From Acholeplasma laidlawii PG-8A (lineage in GTDB: Bacteria > Bacillota_I > Bacilli_A > Acholeplasmatales > Acholeplasmataceae), in contig NC_010163.1 of the NCBI RefSeq assembly GCF_000018785.1, positions 720,001 to 752,000 of the forward strand: a stretch of 32,000 bases of DNA, read 5' to 3'. Below, one piece after another: positions 26,928 to 32,000 of this stretch. How positions within the stretch are numbered: the stretch's first letter is position 1; every line of letters starts with the position of its first letter. The notes beneath the pieces are model-generated. The model ran no database searches, was not told the origin of the DNA, and was given only the letters and a program-made list of their open reading frames with translations. Both the position numbers and the translations under genes were made by a program.

Positions 26928-27575
26928 TTATTCCCCTTGTATAATTTTTTGTATTTGATCAACCTTATGTATTAAATAATCTGGTTTTTCATGTACTAAT
27001 TCTATATAATCTCTAAATCCCCAACTTACTCCAATGACTTTGACATCTGCATGTTTTGCTGTTTGAATATCTACTTCTGAATCCCCTATAAATAGCACCT
27101 CATGTTTATTTAATTGAAGCTCTTTAATGGCTAGATTTAAAGGTGCAGGATCTGGTTTTTTAGGTATACCAGGACGCTCACCGATTACCACATCAAACAT
27201 ACCTTTAAAGTAGTAATCTATAATTTCACTAACTGCCTCTTGATGTTTATTGGATACGACTGCTAATTGATAATCAATTTTTAATTGATGAAGCAGTTCA
27301 TTGATGCCTTCATAAGGCTTAGTGCGAATTTTCGAATGTGTTTCTAGATAAGGTAAATAAATAGAGAGTGCTTCATCTAAATAGTTTATATTATGCTTTA
27401 ATATATGCACCCATAACGCTTTAGCCCCATTACCTAAATAGCGTCTGACATCTTCTTTTTTTACATGTGATAGTTTAAGTTGATTCAAAGTATAGTTACA
27501 ACTATTTGTTATGTCATCTAAAGTATCTAGTAATGTCCCATCTAGATCAAATATGATTGCTTTTAATGTATTCAT
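26928..27575 (-). CDS. HAD-superfamily hydrolase (phosphoglycolate phosphatase/PpaX-like)
   Basis: IIFDLDGTLLDT (DxDxT), VVSNK, and GDSEVD motifs. Start set at ATG 27575; the track's TTG at 27584 has no spacing to any RBS. Confidence 0.85.
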   Translation of the reverse strand: MNTLKAIIFDLDGTLLDTLDDITNSCNYTLNQLKLSHVKKEDVRRYLGNGAKALWVHILKHNINYLDEALSIYLPYLETHSKIRTKPYEGINELLHQLKIDYQLAVVSNKHQEAVSEIIDYYFKGMFDVVIGERPGIPKKPDPAPLNLAIKELQLNKHEVLFIGDSEVDIQTAKHADVKVIGVSWGFRDYIELVHEKPDYLIHKVDQIQKIIQGE

Positions 27576-27596
27576 AAAATCCAACTTTCTAAATGT

Positions 27597-27605
27597 ATTA
27601 TAGCA
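27597..27605 (-). promoter_or_regulatory. extended -10 (TGcTATAAT) for the HAD-ABC-ABC operon
   Basis: The reverse complement of 27597-27605 reads TGCTATAAT. It lies just downstream of the LacI terminator and about 22 nt upstream of ATG 27575. Confidence 0.5.
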
Positions 27606-27634
27606 TAGTACATCAAAATATATCGATGATGATA

Positions 27635-27669
27635 TAAAAAGTCTTTCACCTAATAAGCATGAAAGACTT
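27635..27669 (-). terminator. rho-independent terminator after the LacI-family gene
   Basis: On the minus strand: AAGTCTTTCA-N11-TGAAAGACTT (perfect 10-bp stem) followed by TTTTTAT. Confidence 0.8.
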
Positions 27670-27680
27670 AAATGACTGTA

Positions 27681-28688
27681 TTAATATTTAGTATTTTTTA
27701 AACAGGAATCACGAACTACAATTTTAGTATCAATTACAATAGGTTCAAGCATTCTAATATGCTTGTCTAACATTTCAATGAGTGCTTCACTTGCACGTAA
27801 TCCAATTTCCTCATAGTCTTGCCTAATCGTTGTAAGTTGAGGTGTAGTGATTTCACAAATATCTAAATCATCAAAACCTATAATCGAAACATCTTTAGGT
27901 ACATGATAACCATGATTGTTGAAAAATTGTATTGCGCCCATTGCCATTAAATCTGAGACTGTACATACAGCATCTGGTAACCCATAAGCCTCAAATAGAG
28001 CTTTCATTGTCTGGTAACCTTCATGGAATGTATAAGACTCATTACTTCTATTTTTTAAGTATAATGGTTCAAGTCCTTTTTCTTTCATAAAGTCTAAATA
28101 GCCTCTTAAACGTTCTAAACCTATGAAATTTTGATAACTCCCGTTAATAAAAGCTATTTTACGGTGTCCTAACTCGTATAAGTAGTTGCATGATTTTCTA
28201 ATTGCACTGTAAGAATCAGAATAAATTGTATTGTGAATAGCTTCTTTTGGATCTAAGGATAACACAGCTAAATCACTATTAAATAGTTTTTTTACAGCTT
28301 CGTAAGACTCGTCTGTTGAAATAACTAATACGGCATCTACATTTTTTGAATGACTATGCTTTAAATAGTCAAGTTTACTTTCCGTGTTATTTGATAATAG
28401 TAAAATATCATAACCTTTGGATTGAATATGTTTTCTAAAAGATTCTAAAACAGCAGCAAAGAATAAGTTTTTTAAGCCGGATTCAACCTCATAAACAATG
28501 CCTATTGTATTTGCTCTTTTAAGTACTAAGCTTTGAGCAGCAGCATTTGGGGTATAACCCATTTGTTCCGCTATTTTTTTAACTCTGTTTCTAGTTTGAT
28601 CACTAATTTCTTTATAGCCATTTAGTGATTTTGAAACTGTAGATATTGATACACCTGCTGCACGAGCAATTTCACCAATAGTTACCAT
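27681..28688 (-). CDS. LacI/GalR family transcriptional regulator
   Basis: N-terminal HTH (MVTIGEIARAAGVSISTVSKSLNG) and a periplasmic-binding-protein-like sugar-binding core. 335 aa. Confidence 0.92.
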   Translation of the reverse strand: MVTIGEIARAAGVSISTVSKSLNGYKEISDQTRNRVKKIAEQMGYTPNAAAQSLVLKRANTIGIVYEVESGLKNLFFAAVLESFRKHIQSKGYDILLLSNNTESKLDYLKHSHSKNVDAVLVISTDESYEAVKKLFNSDLAVLSLDPKEAIHNTIYSDSYSAIRKSCNYLYELGHRKIAFINGSYQNFIGLERLRGYLDFMKEKGLEPLYLKNRSNESYTFHEGYQTMKALFEAYGLPDAVCTVSDLMAMGAIQFFNNHGYHVPKDVSIIGFDDLDICEITTPQLTTIRQDYEEIGLRASEALIEMLDKHIRMLEPIVIDTKIVVRDSCLKNTKY

Positions 28689-28702
28689 AATATGAGTCTC
28701 CT

Positions 28703-30553
28703 TTATTGTAATATTGTATAGTTTAAACCATATCCAAAAGGATATCTATAATCACTTGGTTCATAATTTTCATCAAGGACTGTATGGGATGATTGGCTTA
28801 TAGATTTAGGCCATGTAAATGGTAATTTCCCTTTAAAATTATAGTCTCCATAAAGTACATCTGTAATGCCTAAGCCTTCACTGCCTGGTAAAAACAACAT
28901 CACAAATGCATCTAAATATGGAATAACTTCTTCTATTATAAGTGGTTTGCCGGATAATAACAATCCAATTACAGGTTTATTTGTTTGTTTAGCAATATCT
29001 ATAAGTGTTTGATTTGAAGCATAAGATGTATCATCTGTTAAAGATAAGGCTAATGAATCTCCCATCATTTCTGCACTTGGTTTTTCAGAGAAGACGATGA
29101 TAATTTGATCAGCTTTGTCGATATCATTTATGTCCGTATAAATCTGACCATTTGTAACACTCTTAAAGGCATCAACAATCGTAGTGCCTGGAATATTTAG
29201 TTGATCAGAACCTTGCCAGTCTATCGTCCAACCACCAGATTGAATTCCAATATTTTGACTTCCTTTGCCTAATATTAATAGATTTAAATCTTTATTAAAC
29301 GGTAGAAGGTTTTGATTATTTTTAAGCAATACCATGGATTCTCTAACTGCTTTTCTAGCCACATTTAATGCATTTTCACTTCTTAAATCACTTTCTATAG
29401 GTGTTTTTTCATCAAATAAGCCCATTTCATATTTGACGCTTAAAATTCTAGAAACAGCATCGTTTATGCGGTCTATGTCAATACGATCTTCTTCCACACC
29501 ACGTACGATAGCGTCAATGACTTCTTTGAAGTTATGTGGTTGCATCAACATATCAATACCCGCATTAACGCCTTTTATAACGCGTTCATAGAAAGTATTG
29601 GCACGGATATCATCAATACCATTATAATCCCCTATAACAAAACCTTTGAAACCCATTTGATCTTTTAAAATATCTGTGATGAGTTCTTTATTTTCGTGCA
29701 TACGTACATCGTTTAGACTTGAATACGATACCATAATTGATTTTACACCAGCTTCTATAGCGGCTTCGTATAATGGAAAATGAATGGTTTCTAAGTCTTC
29801 TTTAGAAATGGTTGAATTACCTCTGTCTAGTTTATTATCTAAACCAGTACCAAAAGTTGTATAACCATCTCCCACGAAGTGTTTTGCTGAACCAATAACG
29901 CCATAACTTTGAATGCCTTCTATATAAGAAGGTATTAAATTTAATGCGATATCTGGTGACTCACCTAATGTTTCATAAGTTCTACCCCATCTTTTATCCT
30001 TGATAAGTCCTATCGAAGGGGAAAAGTTCATATTCATGCCTGTTTGACCCATCTCATAGGCAGTGATCATACCAATTTCTTTCATTAATTCTTTATTGTT
30101 AGCAGCAGCTAGACCAATATTATGAGGAAATATGGTGGCACCATAAAGATTATTATGACCATGAACTGCGTCCACACCATAGATAATTGGTATTTTTGAT
30201 GAACTTTCTAAGGATGCATTGAGCATATTTTCATACATGGATACCCAACCAAAAGTTGTGTTTGACGATGGCCTGTTACCACCACCATTTAATACGGAGC
30301 CAAGATTTAAGTTTCTTACATCTGTAGGTTTAACACCGGATGCACCATTGTTATTAGAGCGCTCTCCTTGAACCATTTGACCTGCTTTTTCAGCAATCGT
30401 TAATTTATCTAACCACCAGTTTATTTTTTCATTCATAGTTAAATTTGAATCAGGATAATCATTATCATGAATGACTGGTGGTGTGTTATCACAGGATACA
30501 ATCATTACAACAAAGCATATGATGATTGCAATCGTTATTAGTTTATTTTTCAT
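28703..30553 (-). CDS. glycoside hydrolase family 3 beta-glucosidase-like lipoprotein
   Basis: Signal peptide with a lipobox (VVMIVSC at residues 15-21). GH3 motifs are KHFVGDG and GFVIGDY (nucleophile Asp region), plus a C-terminal alpha/beta sandwich domain. Confidence 0.88.
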   Translation of the reverse strand: MKNKLITIAIIICFVVMIVSCDNTPPVIHDNDYPDSNLTMNEKINWWLDKLTIAEKAGQMVQGERSNNNGASGVKPTDVRNLNLGSVLNGGGNRPSSNTTFGWVSMYENMLNASLESSSKIPIIYGVDAVHGHNNLYGATIFPHNIGLAAANNKELMKEIGMITAYEMGQTGMNMNFSPSIGLIKDKRWGRTYETLGESPDIALNLIPSYIEGIQSYGVIGSAKHFVGDGYTTFGTGLDNKLDRGNSTISKEDLETIHFPLYEAAIEAGVKSIMVSYSSLNDVRMHENKELITDILKDQMGFKGFVIGDYNGIDDIRANTFYERVIKGVNAGIDMLMQPHNFKEVIDAIVRGVEEDRIDIDRINDAVSRILSVKYEMGLFDEKTPIESDLRSENALNVARKAVRESMVLLKNNQNLLPFNKDLNLLILGKGSQNIGIQSGGWTIDWQGSDQLNIPGTTIVDAFKSVTNGQIYTDINDIDKADQIIIVFSEKPSAEMMGDSLALSLTDDTSYASNQTLIDIAKQTNKPVIGLLLSGKPLIIEEVIPYLDAFVMLFLPGSEGLGITDVLYGDYNFKGKLPFTWPKSISQSSHTVLDENYEPSDYRYPFGYGLNYTILQ

Positions 30554-30557
30554 ACAT

Positions 30558-32000
30558 TTAACCTAAATATGCATCTATATGACTATATTTTAGATTTCTA
30601 ATATCATCAGCATGTTCACCCAGAATACTATCGCCTTGAATTTTAATACGCTCATTTTGATTGGATAGTGTGTAATGTGTTACATTTAAGTTAAATGTGT
30701 CAACATGATGTGGGTTATGGATAGTAATCGTGATATGAGAAAGGAATTTAAAGGATAACCTACCTTCTTTAAAGAAATCCTTTATAACTTTTGGATTCAC
30801 TTTAAAAGTTAATTTATTTTCTTTATAACTAAAAGGTTGTTTACCTAGAAACATTAAATACATTAAAGTCATAGCTTCTGATGTCGTACCTGTGAGTCTG
30901 GCAACAAAACCCTGACCATGTACTTTTGGATTTGGATTGTTGGATGTAGCAATAAAACTTACATTTTCTAAAGTACTTCTACCATAAACTAAAGGATCCA
31001 TAAAAGGTGGCATACTTGTTTTAATATCTTTGTAAAACTCATCATAAAGACCTGATTTAAACATGCCTATTAAATATTTATAACTCATATGTACAAAAGA
31101 AGACTCACGTTCAAGCCAGCCTTTTGTAAAAGCACGTGCTCGACCAATTTCTAAAGTCTCATCCTCTAAAGATGCAGATGTTTTATATACACCTAAAGTT
31201 TCATCATAAATACCTGATGCTTTTACATGTTGATGTACACTATGAGCATCTATTACATTGAGCATTGATTTTAGATAGTGCGCGGGTGCTTCTAAATAAT
31301 GAGGTAGTGGTCTAACCTTCCAGTTCGTCACATCAATACACTCTAAATTCAAATGAGGATGTCTTAAACCATTTTTTTGATAAGTGGTAGCTTCAAATGT
31401 TAAATAAGTAGGAATTAATCCTTTACCTAGTTCAAATGCATTTTTAATACCCCTATGAATATAGTCATTTAATCGTTCAATCAATGGGATTAATTGGGCT
31501 ATTGTAATATCCACAAATGCATCAGACAGATAGAGGTTTGTTTTTGCATCAAAACTTTCTCTAATGTCTTGTATCTTATCAAATCCATCATCAATATGAT
31601 GAGTTAAGTTCGTAAAAAAATCATATATATCTGATTGAATAGATACAGTTTTAGATTTAAATAGATGACTAAACTCAATTAAGTATTTAAATAATCGAGC
31701 TAAATTTATAGTTTCAGTCGTACCTGATCCAAAAATGGCAGGTAAACCGTTCATTGCATCATTCCAACCAGGTTTTTCGCTATCCATCATTACACCCATA
31801 CCCATTGGGTCTAAACTTGCTGTTTTGATCGTTGCTAAATGTAATAATTTTGAATATAAATTGACTGATACAGTTTTACCGTTTGTAAATTTATGAAAGT
31901 TTGAACCTTGTTTTAAATCTAAAGATTTTACTTTTTCTTTATCTTCATAAAGTCCACCTAATTGACGTGGAAAACCTTCTTTGTTAAGAACATACTTATA
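30558..32000 (-). CDS. C-terminal part of a large (alpha/alpha)6-barrel glycoside phosphorylase-like protein (GH94/GH149/GH161-like); 5' end outside window
   Basis: The frame stays open upstream of the ATG at 31805 all the way to base 32000 (YKYVLNKEGFPRQLGG...). PGWNDAMNG resembles the catalytic DWND motif of cellobiose/chitobiose/laminaribiose phosphorylases. The gene sits 4 nt upstream of the GH3 gene. The exact family assignment is uncertain. Confidence 0.55.
   Translation of the reverse strand, partial: YKYVLNKEGFPRQLGGLYEDKEKVKSLDLKQGSNFHKFTNGKTVSVNLYSKLLHLATIKTASLDPMGMGVMMDSEKPGWNDAMNGLPAIFGSGTTETINLARLFKYLIEFSHLFKSKTVSIQSDIYDFFTNLTHHIDDGFDKIQDIRESFDAKTNLYLSDAFVDITIAQLIPLIERLNDYIHRGIKNAFELGKGLIPTYLTFEATTYQKNGLRHPHLNLECIDVTNWKVRPLPHYLEAPAHYLKSMLNVIDAHSVHQHVKASGIYDETLGVYKTSASLEDETLEIGRARAFTKGWLERESSFVHMSYKYLIGMFKSGLYDEFYKDIKTSMPPFMDPLVYGRSTLENVSFIATSNNPNPKVHGQGFVARLTGTTSEAMTLMYLMFLGKQPFSYKENKLTFKVNPKVIKDFFKEGRLSFKFLSHITITIHNPHHVDTFNLNVTHYTLSNQNERIKIQGDSILGEHADDIRNLKYSHIDAYLG

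Noticed and set aside
5715-29591. Remaining short track ORFs: 5715-5897, 6456-6656, 11301-11492, 13809-14030, 16254-16448, 17801-18064, 20003-20221, 22598-22783, 23642-23893, 24973-25158, 26071-26316, 29334-29591
   Set aside because: Each is nested in, or mostly overlaps, a longer ORF on the opposite strand that has strong family motifs. None has a convincing RBS.
1-32000. Possibility that the sequence uses the Mycoplasma/Spiroplasma code (TGA = Trp), given the AT-richness and Mollicute-like gene content
   Set aside because: TGA terminates folA (3355), plsC (2559), deoD (9926) and ileS (12914) at lengths typical for these families, often in ATGA start/stop overlaps. Conserved Trp positions are encoded by TGG. 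The standard code 11 fits.
1-32000. Looked for CRISPR arrays, IS elements, transposases, integrases, tRNA/rRNA genes and long direct or inverted repeats
   Set aside because: I saw none. The only non-coding gaps of 60 nt or more (344-486, 7299-7452, 15605-15830, 20203-20297, 21806-21872, 27585-27680) are explained by promoters, terminators and two riboswitches. I could not run a systematic repeat search by eye.

Overview
This is a strongly AT-rich, very gene-dense chromosomal segment (G+C about 30% by eye, not computed). I count 30 CDS plus one frameshifted gene, with almost no non-coding DNA and most genes on the minus strand. TGA terminates several well-conserved genes at their expected lengths (folA, plsC, deoD, ileS), so the standard bacterial code applies. 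Together with the T-box and preQ1 riboswitches and the lipoprotein glycosidase, this suggests an Acholeplasma-like Mollicute or a low-GC Firmicute; that is inference only.

Gene content in window order:
- a histidine-phosphatase fragment
- a CPA2-type cation/proton antiporter followed by a small PII-like protein
- a minus-strand pepV-thyA-folA-plsC-Smr operon
- a two-gene unit of a tail-less SSB paralogue and a 5-TM protein
- a long minus-strand array: tgt-ftsZ-ychF-yggS-sepF, then a T-box(Ile) leader, then ileS-surE-orphan-deoC-deoD-M16-M16
- divergent tgt/queT with a preQ1-I riboswitch
- mutY and a nitroreductase
- a HAD phosphatase plus two tandem MacB-like fused ABC proteins
- a LacI-GH3-phosphorylase beta-glucan locus running off the 3' edge

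I found no rRNA, tRNA, CRISPR array, transposase, integrase or long repeat. I do not see a convincing complete novel system. The best leads are:
- the antiporter/PII-like pair
- the orphan 286-aa gene inside the surE-deoC-deoD nucleoside operon
- the tail-less SSB/membrane-protein pair
- a homopolymer frameshift that splits the catalytic M16 peptidase
- a preQ1-I riboswitch with an enlarged loop

All family assignments come from motif recognition by eye, not from searches.
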